Below, in pieces: positions 25,909 through 35,907 of a stretch of DNA of 54,938 nt (the stretch's first letter is position 1; every line of letters starts with the position of its first letter). A model generated the notes under the pieces. It saw only the letters and a program-made list of their open reading frames with translations, ran no database searches and was not told where the DNA came from. The stretch is from Candidatus Omnitrophota bacterium (lineage in GTDB: Bacteria > Omnitrophota > Gorgyraeia > JAFGGP01). The DNA is taken from positions 1 through 54,938 of the forward strand of contig JAFGGP010000017.1 in the NCBI GenBank assembly GCA_016930485.1. Direction: 5' to 3'. The position numbers were made by a program, and so were the translations under genes.

Positions 25909-25985
25909 TAGTTAAATAAAAGTTAGGGGGTTCTGGAGAAAAAATGTGAAACTTCTTGTATAGAATTAAGGACTGCTAAAATCCA

Positions 25986-26014
25986 TTGACACGAAATACC
26001 TTACCCTAGATAAT
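25986..26014 (+). promoter_or_regulatory. Promoter of the FIST operon
   Basis: TTGACA-17 bp-GATAAT. Confidence 0.65.
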
Positions 26015-26037
26015 ATAGGAAAAAGCTGATATAACTA

Positions 26038-27255
26038 ATGGGCTTACAAATAGGTATTGGTTCAGGAAAAGGGCAGTCGCCTTTTAATATCGGCAGGCAA
26101 GCAGCGCGTGAGGCAATTAGTGCTATGCGGCGTCCCTTGCCGCATCAGGGAATCGCATTTACCTTTGCTTCCTCCCGATACGCCCCTGAGGATCTTCTGC
26201 GAGGGATTAAAACTGTATTAGGGGCGGTACCGGTTATCGGCGCAACTACCGCGGGAGAATTGAGCCCAAAAGGGGTTGATTCTGATACATGCATCGTCAT
26301 GTGCCTGTTTAGCGATAACTTAAATATTAGCATTGGATTGGGAGAAGAATGCGGGCGTAACAGCAGGGCAGCAGGACATCATTGTGCCCATGCAGCCAAT
26401 AAGGCGCTTCTTGAGCAAATTAAGAAATACTCGGTCTCTGGCAGAGAAAGACTCTGTTTTATCGCCTTATTCGACGGGCTGCGCGGGAATGGTTCAAATA
26501 TTATACGGGGTATTCAGGAGGCCCTCGGAACAAGCTTTCCTATCGTTGGTGGTGCAGCGGCCGATGATTTTTACTTTAATGAGACAAAACAGTTCTACGA
26601 CAGTGCGGTATATACCGATTCAGTAGCAGGGGTCCTTTTTGGCGGGGAGCTGTCAATCGGTATTGGGGCCCGGCACGGGTGGCGTCCACTTGGCAAGACA
26701 ATGACCGTAAGTCAGTCTATGGACAATATTGTGATGGAAATCGACGGCAGACCAGCCGCCAAAATTTACGAGCATTACTTTGAAAACGAAGTCCGTCTTA
26801 TCGGGAAAGAGCCTCTTACGAAGCTTGCTATTTTATATCCGGTTGGCATGTCAATACCGGGGGAGGAGGAATTTCTGATAAGGCACCCGATGAATATTAA
26901 ACAAAATGGGGCAATGGTCTTTGCAGGAGAGGTGCCAGAAGGAAGCGCTGTCAGACTGATGATGGGTTCCCGTGAATCAGCCCTTGAATCAGCAAAATTA
27001 GCGGCCTTAGAAGCAAAAAATAACCTGGCAGGAGCAGAGCCGCGGTTTCTTATCGTCTTTGATTCGGCTTCCCGACGAAGACTTTTGGGCAGAGAAGCAC
27101 CCAAGGAAATAGAGGCTATTCGTTCTGTATTTAACGACATCCCTTTTGTTGGTTTCTGCACCTATGGCGAGTTTGCGCCGTTAAAATCAGAGCTCCATGC
27201 GGGCACTTCCTATTTCCATAATGAGAGCATAGTCATCCTGGCAGTCGGATCGTAA
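26038..27255 (+). CDS. FIST_N/FIST_C sensor protein (NosP-like)
   Basis: GATTAGEL, VGGAAADD, HGWRPLG, EIDGRPA, GFCTYGEF, FHNES motifs. Confidence 0.93.
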   Translation: MGLQIGIGSGKGQSPFNIGRQAAREAISAMRRPLPHQGIAFTFASSRYAPEDLLRGIKTVLGAVPVIGATTAGELSPKGVDSDTCIVMCLFSDNLNISIGLGEECGRNSRAAGHHCAHAANKALLEQIKKYSVSGRERLCFIALFDGLRGNGSNIIRGIQEALGTSFPIVGGAAADDFYFNETKQFYDSAVYTDSVAGVLFGGELSIGIGARHGWRPLGKTMTVSQSMDNIVMEIDGRPAAKIYEHYFENEVRLIGKEPLTKLAILYPVGMSIPGEEEFLIRHPMNIKQNGAMVFAGEVPEGSAVRLMMGSRESALESAKLAALEAKNNLAGAEPRFLIVFDSASRRRLLGREAPKEIEAIRSVFNDIPFVGFCTYGEFAPLKSELHAGTSYFHNESIVILAVGS

Positions 27256-27268
27256 CGAAAGGGGCGGT

Positions 27269-28798
27269 ATGGGCAATATATCAAAGTTGTTGCTGGTATT
27301 GGGGCTCTCGGTTCTGGCCGGACTCTTTTTTACTAACAGCGCCTATGCAAAAATGATATATACTGTCCTGTTATTTATTATTATTGTAGCTCTGGCGGTA
27401 ATCGCCATAAAAGAGCAGGGGCGACGCCAAAACATCACACATGCCCTTAAAGAAGCAGAAAAAGCCTATGAGAAATTGGACGAACAGGCAAAAATGATCC
27501 TTCAAACTGACTTAAAATTGAATATGGCTCAGGAAGAGCTTGATAAACGCATAGAGGGGTTATACGGACTGCATGAATTGGGCAAAATTATCGGTAAGGT
27601 CTTTAATTTAAAGGAATTGCTAGAGCTGGTAGATGAGGAGCTGGTTTTTAGCCTTGGGTTTGACAAAAGCATCGTATTACTTTTGGATCCGGAACAGACA
27701 AAGATACGCTTCAGTTCAGCAGCGGGATACACCTCTGAAGAAATCCGCCATATAAAAGAAACGCTCTCTTCGGCACAAGCCATCGAGATGCTCAAAAATG
27801 AGCAACAGGTACAGGCGCTGTCACAGGATAAACCGTTCCTGAATGGATTGCTTAAGCTGAGGTCGGCCGTTATTGTACCGCTATCCATCAAAGAGCGGTG
27901 TTCTGGTCTTATCCTTATGGGCAGCGAGAAAAAAGGGGTTATCCAAAAAGAGGATAACGAATTGATTCAAATACTGGCTCAGCAGCTGTCGGCATCCATA
28001 GAAAACATCTACCTCTACGAAGAACTCTGGAATTCGCAAAGGGAACTCGAATTAAAGGTTCAGGAGCGCACAAAAGAGCTGCAACAGGCCTATGAAGATC
28101 TTAAAAAACTCGATGAGAAGAAAAAAGAATTTGTCTCTGCGGTTTCCCATGAGCTGCGAACACCCCTTACCTCAATCAAAGGGTACGCCAGTATTTTAAC
28201 AAGTGGCAAACTCGGTGATGTCACCGAAGAGCAAAAAGAGCGGCTGCAAAAAATTAACATACACTCCAATAAGCTGGTAAGCCTCGTCAACAATCTCCTT
28301 GACATATCGAGGATCGAATCAGGCAAGGTGGAGATGAATATTAAACCGGTTTTAGTAAAAACGCTTCTTGATGAAATTGCCGATATGATTGCCCCCCAGG
28401 TAAAAGAAAAAATGATAGAATTAAAGGTAGAAATCCCGTCGTCGATCGAAGAGGTCGGCGCGGACAAAGAACAGCTGTCTCGTGTATTTATTAATCTCTT
28501 GTCGAATGCGGTCAAATTCACGCCCGATAAAGGACATATTAAGATAACTGCCTCAAAAAAAGAGGGTTATCTACAGTTTGATATCGCCGATTCGGGAATT
28601 GGCATCTCTCGACAAGATCAAGAAAAGCTCTTTACTGAATTTTTCAGAACCCAGGATGCGATCGACAAGGGTATTAAGGGGACAGGGCTGGGCCTGTCCC
28701 TGGTAAAACGCATCGTGGAGGCACACAAAGGAACTATATGGGTAACCAGTGAAGTAGGCAAGGGCGCTGTATTTCATTTTACCTTACCCGCATACTAG
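27269..28798 (+). CDS. Membrane sensor histidine kinase (GAF-HisKA-HATPase)
   Basis: VSHELRTPLTSI H-box, NLLSNAVKFT, DSGIGI, GTGLGL. Confidence 0.95.
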   Translation: MGNISKLLLVLGLSVLAGLFFTNSAYAKMIYTVLLFIIIVALAVIAIKEQGRRQNITHALKEAEKAYEKLDEQAKMILQTDLKLNMAQEELDKRIEGLYGLHELGKIIGKVFNLKELLELVDEELVFSLGFDKSIVLLLDPEQTKIRFSSAAGYTSEEIRHIKETLSSAQAIEMLKNEQQVQALSQDKPFLNGLLKLRSAVIVPLSIKERCSGLILMGSEKKGVIQKEDNELIQILAQQLSASIENIYLYEELWNSQRELELKVQERTKELQQAYEDLKKLDEKKKEFVSAVSHELRTPLTSIKGYASILTSGKLGDVTEEQKERLQKINIHSNKLVSLVNNLLDISRIESGKVEMNIKPVLVKTLLDEIADMIAPQVKEKMIELKVEIPSSIEEVGADKEQLSRVFINLLSNAVKFTPDKGHIKITASKKEGYLQFDIADSGIGISRQDQEKLFTEFFRTQDAIDKGIKGTGLGLSLVKRIVEAHKGTIWVTSEVGKGAVFHFTLPAY

Positions 28799-28814
28799 GG
28801 CCAGGAGGAGTTAG

Positions 28815-29777
28815 ATGCCAAAAAAGAAAATTCTCGCAGCCGATGATGACCCGGATATTCTTGATATTATTAAACTTGCGCTTGAAGATGAATATAACGT
28901 CGTTATAGCTCATAATGGTGAAGAGGCGATTGAAGAGGTCTATAAGCAATCACCCGATTTGGTATTGCTTGATTACATCATGCCTAAGCTCAACGGGCTC
29001 GAGGTCTGCAGGCGCCTTAAGAGTGATATTTTGTTACGCCATATGCCAGTAGTCATGTTAACAGGGAAGGGGGAACTCAGGGATAAGGTAACCGGATTGG
29101 GGGCAGGGGCTGACGATTATATTGTCAAACCCTTTGAGCCTGAAGAGTTACTGGCGCGCATCAATACTATTATACGGCGTAGCGAGGCAGATCTCGACGC
29201 CAACCCCTTAAGCAAACTGCCGGGGAATGTCACTATAACCAAAGAACTCGAAAAACGCATTGGGGAAGGAGGCAGATTTGCTGTCTGTTATCTCGACCTG
29301 GATAATTTCAAGGCCTATAACGATACCTACGGTTTTAAAAAGGGGGATGAGATCATTCGTTACGCCGCACGCACCCTCCTTGACGTCATGCAAAACTGCG
29401 GAAATCGCGATGATTTTCTAGGCCATATCGGCGGCGATGATTTTGTCTATATTACCAATCCGGATCAGGCGGAGGGGCTGTGTCAGAAGATTATCAGTTC
29501 TTTTGACCTTAATATCGGTGAATTTTACAATGAAGAAGACCTGAAAAGGGGTTTTATTGTCTCAAAGGACAGAAAGGGGGAAACGCAGGAATTCCCTCTC
29601 ATCTCGATATCGATAGGTATTGTCTCAAATGAGGCGTTTGAACTGAAGCATCCGGCTGAAATCGGCGCTATCGGGGCTGAGTTAAAGGCATTTGCAAAGA
29701 CAATAATGGGCAGCTCTTATGTGAAAGAGCGTAGAAGCAAAAAAACAGACTCAGAAGAAACGCCAGAAATAGCTTAA
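28815..29777 (+). CDS. Response regulator REC-GGDEF diguanylate cyclase (GGDDF variant)
   Basis: REC domain (DDD, LLDYIMP, KPF); ANPLSKLPGN, DLDNFKAYNDTYG..GD, GHIGGDDF. Confidence 0.93.
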   Translation: MPKKKILAADDDPDILDIIKLALEDEYNVVIAHNGEEAIEEVYKQSPDLVLLDYIMPKLNGLEVCRRLKSDILLRHMPVVMLTGKGELRDKVTGLGAGADDYIVKPFEPEELLARINTIIRRSEADLDANPLSKLPGNVTITKELEKRIGEGGRFAVCYLDLDNFKAYNDTYGFKKGDEIIRYAARTLLDVMQNCGNRDDFLGHIGGDDFVYITNPDQAEGLCQKIISSFDLNIGEFYNEEDLKRGFIVSKDRKGETQEFPLISISIGIVSNEAFELKHPAEIGAIGAELKAFAKTIMGSSYVKERRSKKTDSEETPEIA

Positions 29778-29850
29778 TCGGTTCTATCTATAATAAAAAT
29801 CACAAAAACTGATAAATATTGGTACCGGTGTCACTTTTTTATTCAAAGAA

Positions 29851-29887
29851 AAAGTACCTTTTTCTTAGCACAAGAAAAAGGTACTTT
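29851..29887. terminator. 16-bp perfect inverted repeat, probable terminator
   Basis: aaagtacctttttctt-agcac-aagaaaaaggtacttt. Confidence 0.6.
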
Positions 29888-30268
29888 GTGAGATTTTAAT
29901 ACACATTTGAGCCTTAATAAAATATTTATCCCCTCATAAAAAACTCACATTTCTTTTCTAACCAGAAATTTTCCCTACTAAATAAAAAAAAGAGCTTTTG
30001 TGAGAATTTCATTCATATCATTAGTTAAAATTGAATCTTTTGCGTTCTTTATAAAAACTCACATTTTTTACCTAAATAAATAAACTATGTCACAAAAATC
30101 ATTAATAGAGAAAGGTGAGATTCGAATGAGGGAAAGGATAATGGAAAGCACTTTGTCCTTGCAAGACTCTTTGCCTTATGTTTCGAAATAGCCTGTCTAG
30201 CAAGTGCGCTCCCATATACATATTCCTGCAGGGCCATATACCAAGATAGGGTGAAGAAAGAGAGTGAG

Positions 30269-30355
30269 TGGTGCCCGGGGGGAGACTTGAACTCCCACGA
30301 GCTAACGCCCACTAGCCCCTCAAGCTAGCGTGTCTGCCAATTCCACCACCCGGGC
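30269..30355 (-). tRNA. tRNA-Leu(GAG)
   Basis: GCCCGGG...CTAGC-TTGAGGG-GCTAG, long variable arm, GTTCAAGTC, CCA end. Confidence 0.97.
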
Positions 30356-30360
30356 ATAAT

Positions 30361-30771
30361 TTAGCTGTGTTCTTGGGTAAGAAACCAATCGAGGAATTTT
30401 TTATCTGCAGGAGCCAATAGTATCGTGCTATCAAGAGCTTTCAGATTGACCCATGCAGTATCCTTGCACTCATAAGGTCTGGGTTCACCGTGACGTATCT
30501 CGCAACGATAGATGGAGACAACAATCTTTAAATCAGGGATTTCGTCTTCATAGACATGCAGTAACGGGCCCACGGCAACGTCTATGCCGAGTTCTTCCTG
30601 CAGTTCCCGTCGCAGGGCCTCCTGATGCGTCTCGCCATCCTCGACAACACCGCCGGGAAACTCCCAGTAAAGGCCGTAGCGGTCGTTTTCAAGCCGCTGT
30701 GCTATCAGATGCCTGCCATCTCGTTCGAGTAAACCGCTTACTACCTCCAGCACTGTCTGCTGCATGAACAT
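30361..30771 (-). CDS. MutT/NudG-like NUDIX hydrolase
   Basis: WEFPGGVVEDGETHQEALRRELQEELG Nudix box. Confidence 0.92.
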   Translation of the reverse strand: MFMQQTVLEVVSGLLERDGRHLIAQRLENDRYGLYWEFPGGVVEDGETHQEALRRELQEELGIDVAVGPLLHVYEDEIPDLKIVVSIYRCEIRHGEPRPYECKDTAWVNLKALDSTILLAPADKKFLDWFLTQEHS

Positions 30772-30866
30772 CTCTCTGTCTCAAAAAGTGAAGCTACTAT
30801 ACACTATTTTCCCTGGAAAGACAAGATATTTTCGTCCTCCCGCCCCTGACAAACACTACTCCCTCC

Positions 30867-31667
30867 TTAACTGGATGAAAAAGGCCTTAGGACCGACAGT
30901 GCGGAGAGAAACTGCTGCACCTCGAACTGGTTGTGTACAAAATAACGCGCCTTTGACTTCTGTGTTTTTTCGACACGCACCGATATATCCCGCTTGTGCA
31001 TTCTCCGAAATATATCCTCATCGGTCACATCGTCGCCGATATATATCGTCAGATCGTCTTTTTTCTTTTTGTATATCTTCTCAAAAAAATGTACCGCGTC
31101 AAATTTAGAAAACTGTCTGCGCGGCCTGACCTCGAGCATTCGTCTACCGGTACCTATCCTGACAATCTTCGCCCGCACATACGGAGAGACGACCCGTTGA
31201 CATATCTTCTTCAAACGAATAATATTCTGTACCGATGCCAACCGATAATGGATCGCAAATAGTATCTCTTTGTCTTCAAGTACAACGTGATCGATCCCCT
31301 TCAGTTGTTCCCCCAGCGTTTTTTTTATATCCTCCAAGGCGATAAGATACCGTTTTGTTATCTGAGACTCCCGTCTGTGGTCTTTGCCGCGCGCATAGAA
31401 CTCAAGGCCATGGCTGCCTGAATACAATACCCCCTTAAGCCCGACCTTTCTCTGGAGGTCATGCAAGCCTCTTCCGCTAATAATGCCTAAGATAAAACGT
31501 CTATTTTTAGACAACCTCCTGAGCAAACTCCTGGTATATTTATCAAGAAAGGCAAGGGCGGGACTCTCAATAAAGTCTGTCAGAGTACCGTCATAATCCA
31601 GAAATAAAAAAAGCCGCTTCGCGGTTTTAAAAAGTGTATTAAAATCCTCTTCGAATAAATATTTCAT
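30867..31667 (-). CDS. otsB: Trehalose-6-phosphate phosphatase (HAD)
   Basis: FLDYDGTL, ISGR, GSHGLE, LEVRP, GDDVTDED. Confidence 0.9.
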   Translation of the reverse strand: MKYLFEEDFNTLFKTAKRLFLFLDYDGTLTDFIESPALAFLDKYTRSLLRRLSKNRRFILGIISGRGLHDLQRKVGLKGVLYSGSHGLEFYARGKDHRRESQITKRYLIALEDIKKTLGEQLKGIDHVVLEDKEILFAIHYRLASVQNIIRLKKICQRVVSPYVRAKIVRIGTGRRMLEVRPRRQFSKFDAVHFFEKIYKKKKDDLTIYIGDDVTDEDIFRRMHKRDISVRVEKTQKSKARYFVHNQFEVQQFLSALSVLRPFSSS

Positions 31668-31701
31668 GGTTGTTCCGGGAGAAGGCCTTGAACGCCTTTT
31701 C

Positions 31702-32883
31702 TTACAATAATTTCTTGTAGAGGGACAAAATATCTTTTGTTACCCGTTCCTTTGTGTACTGGGATTCTACCATCTGCCTTCCGGTATAGCCGAGCCGCTC
31801 TCTGAGTGCGTCATCGGTCAATAGTTCACTGACACGCAGCGCCAGGCTTTCGAAGTCCCTGACCGGCACAACAAAACCGTTGATACCGTCCTGTATGACC
31901 TCCGGCATCCCGCCCATATTAGTCACTACCATCGGCCGGGCGCTTGCCATGGCTTCAAGCATCGTCAGCCCAAACGGTTCGTTCGAAGAGGAAGGATACA
32001 GACATACCTTGGAAAGGCCGTATATCTCTTTCACCTCATCCAAGCTATAGACATCAATCAGAATATGGTCGCGTAGTCCAAAATGATTGATTAAATGCAC
32101 CATATAGGCAATATCCTTCTGTTGTGTCCCGCCCCAATCGATAATATTCTTTGCCCCGGCCAAAACCAGCATGACATCCGGATGTTTCCTCCTGACCAGA
32201 TTGATCGCCTTGATGCTCACATCGCATCCCTTTGCCAACCCGATACGCGCCGGGTGAAAGATAACGTGTTTTCCCTTAAGGCGGGGATACTTCCGCAAAA
32301 TGGCCTGCGTATCTACGTTGGGACGAAATTTATCCTCATCGACCCCGTGATGAATGACGGTGATCTTCTTATCGTCAACCCCCACGCCGATTAGCTCCCG
32401 TTTAATAAAATGGCTCACCGCAACGATATGCGTCCAATTCACCTTGTGCGTCACCAGCTCGAGAAATTCCAGCTCATCCCAGACATTGTGGGCACTCAGG
32501 ACCAGAGGTACTCCTCTGCCACTGGCCAACTCCTCAAGAATACGGGCGTGTGTTTCGCTGAAATAATGCATATTATGGGCATGGATGACATCGGGTTCGA
32601 CCGTATGCAAAAAGTCGTAAAACGTCTTGAATATCTCCTCCTGCAACCCTGTTAACCCCCTCTTATATAACCAGTTCAGATCCATAATAGGGGTACGGTA
32701 GATCTGCACGCCTTCCCAGTCATATCGCCCTTGAACACCCTCGACAGCACCGGTCAAAAGACTTACCGAATGCCCTGATTTCACCATCTGAGGCAGCACA
32801 ATAGTAAGGTGCGTTTCAACGCCGCCGATAATGGGGGGAAATCCCCAGTGGAGGTGGGCGATATTCAATCTCTTTTTGCTCAT
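31702..32883 (-). CDS. GT4 glycosyltransferase
   Basis: FPPIIGGVETH, HAHN, EPFGLTMLEAMA. Confidence 0.92.
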   Translation of the reverse strand: MSKKRLNIAHLHWGFPPIIGGVETHLTIVLPQMVKSGHSVSLLTGAVEGVQGRYDWEGVQIYRTPIMDLNWLYKRGLTGLQEEIFKTFYDFLHTVEPDVIHAHNMHYFSETHARILEELASGRGVPLVLSAHNVWDELEFLELVTHKVNWTHIVAVSHFIKRELIGVGVDDKKITVIHHGVDEDKFRPNVDTQAILRKYPRLKGKHVIFHPARIGLAKGCDVSIKAINLVRRKHPDVMLVLAGAKNIIDWGGTQQKDIAYMVHLINHFGLRDHILIDVYSLDEVKEIYGLSKVCLYPSSSNEPFGLTMLEAMASARPMVVTNMGGMPEVIQDGINGFVVPVRDFESLALRVSELLTDDALRERLGYTGRQMVESQYTKERVTKDILSLYKKLL

Positions 32884-32904
32884 TGGTTTCGTCCTCTCCT
32901 TATA

Positions 32905-35241
32905 TCAACGCGCTTGAAACGGGTGCCTGCGTGACACAGGCCTTTTGGTGCAGACGTATTCTCTGCCTTCTGTGGTAAAGGAATACAGCCTGCCAAATAG
33001 AGAGATAACGACCTGCTTCTCCTTTTTGTGTACGATGGCAATCCTCGCCGTGTCATTGGTTAATGCGACGCGTAGTACGTTCCCCCTCCAATTCAACGAG
33101 AAGATCACCCTGCGCCAGCTACGCGGTATCTGAGGATGAATACAGAGCCTGCCCTTGATAACACGCACACCGGCAAAACCGAAAAGCACCGCCAGCCAGG
33201 TGCCCCCCAGCGACGCGGCATGCATCCCCTCTTTTGTATTGCCATACAGATTGCTGATATCGGCCCTCAAGGCAACGTTAAAAAGGCTGTACGCCCGGGG
33301 CAAATCTCCGCAGGTACAGGCAACAACGGCATTAAGGGGGGCACTTAACGACGATTTATGCACCGTTCGCCTGATATAAAAATCGTAATTATTTTTTTGC
33401 ATAAGCCGGCTAAAGAGCTCCGGGAAAAGATAGAAAAGCATAACTGTATCAGCCTGCTTTATCAACTGGGTTTTATTCACATCTTTTGTCTTTAAGTGAC
33501 TCGGAAAAAAAGGGATGCCGTTTTCGTCAACCTCTGTGAGGGTAACGTCTCTCAGTTTAAAAAATCCGTCAAACTGCTCGATAACCCCCGATCGCCTCTT
33601 ATGGATAAGGTGCATCTTGAGGGCCTTCTGTCTCCAGTCTTTTGTTTCTTTTAGCTGAAGGCCTATTTTTTTCTTAAGTATATAATACTGCCGCGGGCAG
33701 GTCTTTTTCAGCCGCGAACACTCCTGGGCCGCTATTAACATATTCCATCTGGCCATGATATTGGTAAACGCGTTATTATTGACATTGACATGAAATTCAT
33801 CGGGGCCGATCACATTCCTGATCTCGTAGACATCCCTTCTCCTGTTGTACGCCACCCGCGATGCCCAGAACCGCGCACTCTCAAAAAGCATCTCGTATCC
33901 GCACTCCTTCATAAACTGCAGATCACCGGTTATCAGAAAATACTGGTATACCGCGTAGGCAATATCAGCGGTGATGTGATGCTCAAAGGTGTGGGTGTGT
34001 ATCTTGACAATGCTTCCGTCAAGGTCCTTGGCCCACGTCGGGGTCTCCTCCTCCCCGGTCCCTGCCGATTCCCAGGGAAACATGGCCCCCTCATAACCGC
34101 GCTCTGTGGCAATGCGCCTCGCCTCATCGAGTCTCTGATATCGATAAAGCAGCATATTTTTTGCAACTTCAGGTAGTGTAAAAAGATAGAAAGGAAATAC
34201 AAAAATCTCACCGTCCCAGAAAATATGTCCCCGGTAGCCTTCGCCGGACAGTGTCCGGGCACCGATACTGGAAAACCCCGTGTCGTGGTGGGCACAGATT
34301 AAAAGGTGATAGAGGTTGAAGCGGAGATTGGTCTGGATATTGGCGGTGCCTTCGATGACCACATCCGCCTTATCCCACACCCTGCGCCAGGCCTGGGTAT
34401 GTCTGCGCAGGAGGGTGTCAAATGGGGTATGAAAAATTTTCTTAAATTTTTTGAGTGCTTTTGTCTTATGTCTTGAAAACTCCCGTTCTGAATTAAAGTG
34501 GGTGATGTAAAAAATCTTGGTGAAGGTAACAGCCTCGCCCCGTTTCAGCCGCAGGGTAAAGATATTGTCTTTTGCAAAAATCCTTTTCTTCCCCAACTCA
34601 TAGTAGAACCCGCTCCGATATAAAATAATATGGCGTTTTTCAAAGGTCTCCACTACCAGATAACCCGCATGTTCAAACTGCCCCAGCTCCTTGATTCTAA
34701 AGTGTTTTTTATTGCCCTCGGTCAACGTCCCGGTATTGTAGACAGATGTATCAATGCCCGTGTTGATGTCGATGCTGCATGCAGCGGCACACGGTGTAAA
34801 CTGGACCTGCATAACCCCCACATTCCTGTTATCCAGAGAGAGAAAACGCAGAGATTGATAATCATGGGCGCGCCTTTTGCTGTCCTGGTACTGTGTGTGC
34901 CGCACCAGTACTGCCCTGCGCATATTAAGAATACGTCTATGGTTGAGGACGTCCATAGTGGAGACATCAACCTTTTCCCCGTTCACCGTTACGCTAAAAT
35001 GAAACGGGTTGGGCAGATTCACCAGCTCCGCCACCTGTGAGGTCATCCTGTCGTACACCCCCGACAGGTACGTCCCCGGCATAGCACCATGAGGAATCTC
35101 TTCCAGCACCGCCCGCGTCCCGATATAGCCATTCCCCAGGGCAAACTGAGATTCCCGGATATTCTGCAGTTCTTTTTCATACTGCGCCTGTTTAATCAGC
35201 CAGAGATCGTCCTCTAACCAATCCGCATATCGTTCAATCAT
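32905..35241 (-). CDS. GH65 disaccharide phosphorylase (trehalose/kojibiose/maltose phosphorylase family)
   Basis: ALGNGYIG, GEGYRGHIFWD, PWES, GPDEFH, KQAD. Confidence 0.93.
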   Translation of the reverse strand: MIERYADWLEDDLWLIKQAQYEKELQNIRESQFALGNGYIGTRAVLEEIPHGAMPGTYLSGVYDRMTSQVAELVNLPNPFHFSVTVNGEKVDVSTMDVLNHRRILNMRRAVLVRHTQYQDSKRRAHDYQSLRFLSLDNRNVGVMQVQFTPCAAACSIDINTGIDTSVYNTGTLTEGNKKHFRIKELGQFEHAGYLVVETFEKRHIILYRSGFYYELGKKRIFAKDNIFTLRLKRGEAVTFTKIFYITHFNSEREFSRHKTKALKKFKKIFHTPFDTLLRRHTQAWRRVWDKADVVIEGTANIQTNLRFNLYHLLICAHHDTGFSSIGARTLSGEGYRGHIFWDGEIFVFPFYLFTLPEVAKNMLLYRYQRLDEARRIATERGYEGAMFPWESAGTGEEETPTWAKDLDGSIVKIHTHTFEHHITADIAYAVYQYFLITGDLQFMKECGYEMLFESARFWASRVAYNRRRDVYEIRNVIGPDEFHVNVNNNAFTNIMARWNMLIAAQECSRLKKTCPRQYYILKKKIGLQLKETKDWRQKALKMHLIHKRRSGVIEQFDGFFKLRDVTLTEVDENGIPFFPSHLKTKDVNKTQLIKQADTVMLFYLFPELFSRLMQKNNYDFYIRRTVHKSSLSAPLNAVVACTCGDLPRAYSLFNVALRADISNLYGNTKEGMHAASLGGTWLAVLFGFAGVRVIKGRLCIHPQIPRSWRRVIFSLNWRGNVLRVALTNDTARIAIVHKKEKQVVISLFGRLYSFTTEGREYVCTKRPVSRRHPFQAR

Positions 35242-35256
35242 AATCCGCGCACTCTC

Positions 35257-35907
35257 TTACCGGTTGATGTTGCGCTCCTCGCCATAGGTATAATTCACTA
35301 TTTCGCTCTTACTGAGATCGAGATTCGGGGCGATAATGATCGACCCATCATCGGCTAAAAACCGGGAACGCCGTATCCCGATATCAAGGACACTAACCAT
35401 CTCTCCCGAAGGAAGCTTTATCCGGTCATTGATGCGAAAGGGTTTGTCCACCATAATCAGAAACCCGGCGATAATATTCGCGATGGTATCCTGTGCCGCC
35501 AAGGCAATCGCCAGAGAGGCGACACCCAGCGTTGTGATTAACGCGCTTATATTGACCCCGTAAAGCGGGAGAATAGTGTGAAATGCGATTATCCACAGGG
35601 TAATCTTTAAAAACCGCCTGATCAAAGGGATGAAATCGTCGTCCAGACGGGAGAGGGTGTGAGATGCGATGTGTTCCTGATACCACAGGGTAAAGGCCTG
35701 CACCATCCGGTGGAGAATAAACGTCACGCTGATAATGAGGACCGCGGTAAAATGAATTTTTATGCGGCGCTGCACTTCGAGAGTAAGAGTTGACCGTACA
35801 TGAATGCTGTAACCTATGTAAAGTGCTATAATAACGGCAAAAATGGAAAGCGGCAAAAGGGTCTTCTTTAGCATCTCGCAGGAGAGTCTCCGGGAAATCT
35901 TGGTCAT
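35257..35907 (-). CDS. MscS-family mechanosensitive channel (short)
   Basis: LAIALAAQDTIANIIAG..DKPFRINDRI. Confidence 0.88.
   Translation of the reverse strand: MTKISRRLSCEMLKKTLLPLSIFAVIIALYIGYSIHVRSTLTLEVQRRIKIHFTAVLIISVTFILHRMVQAFTLWYQEHIASHTLSRLDDDFIPLIRRFLKITLWIIAFHTILPLYGVNISALITTLGVASLAIALAAQDTIANIIAGFLIMVDKPFRINDRIKLPSGEMVSVLDIGIRRSRFLADDGSIIIAPNLDLSKSEIVNYTYGEERNINR

Noticed and set aside
29290-29445. Hypr GGDEF / 3',3'-cGAMP signalling
   Set aside because: The cyclase has Asp (GFKKGD) where Hypr enzymes have Ser, and the riboswitch has G at the position-20 equivalent. Both indicate c-di-GMP.
30085-30312. 75-aa ORF
   Set aside because: It begins inside tRNA-Leu and has no recognisable motif.
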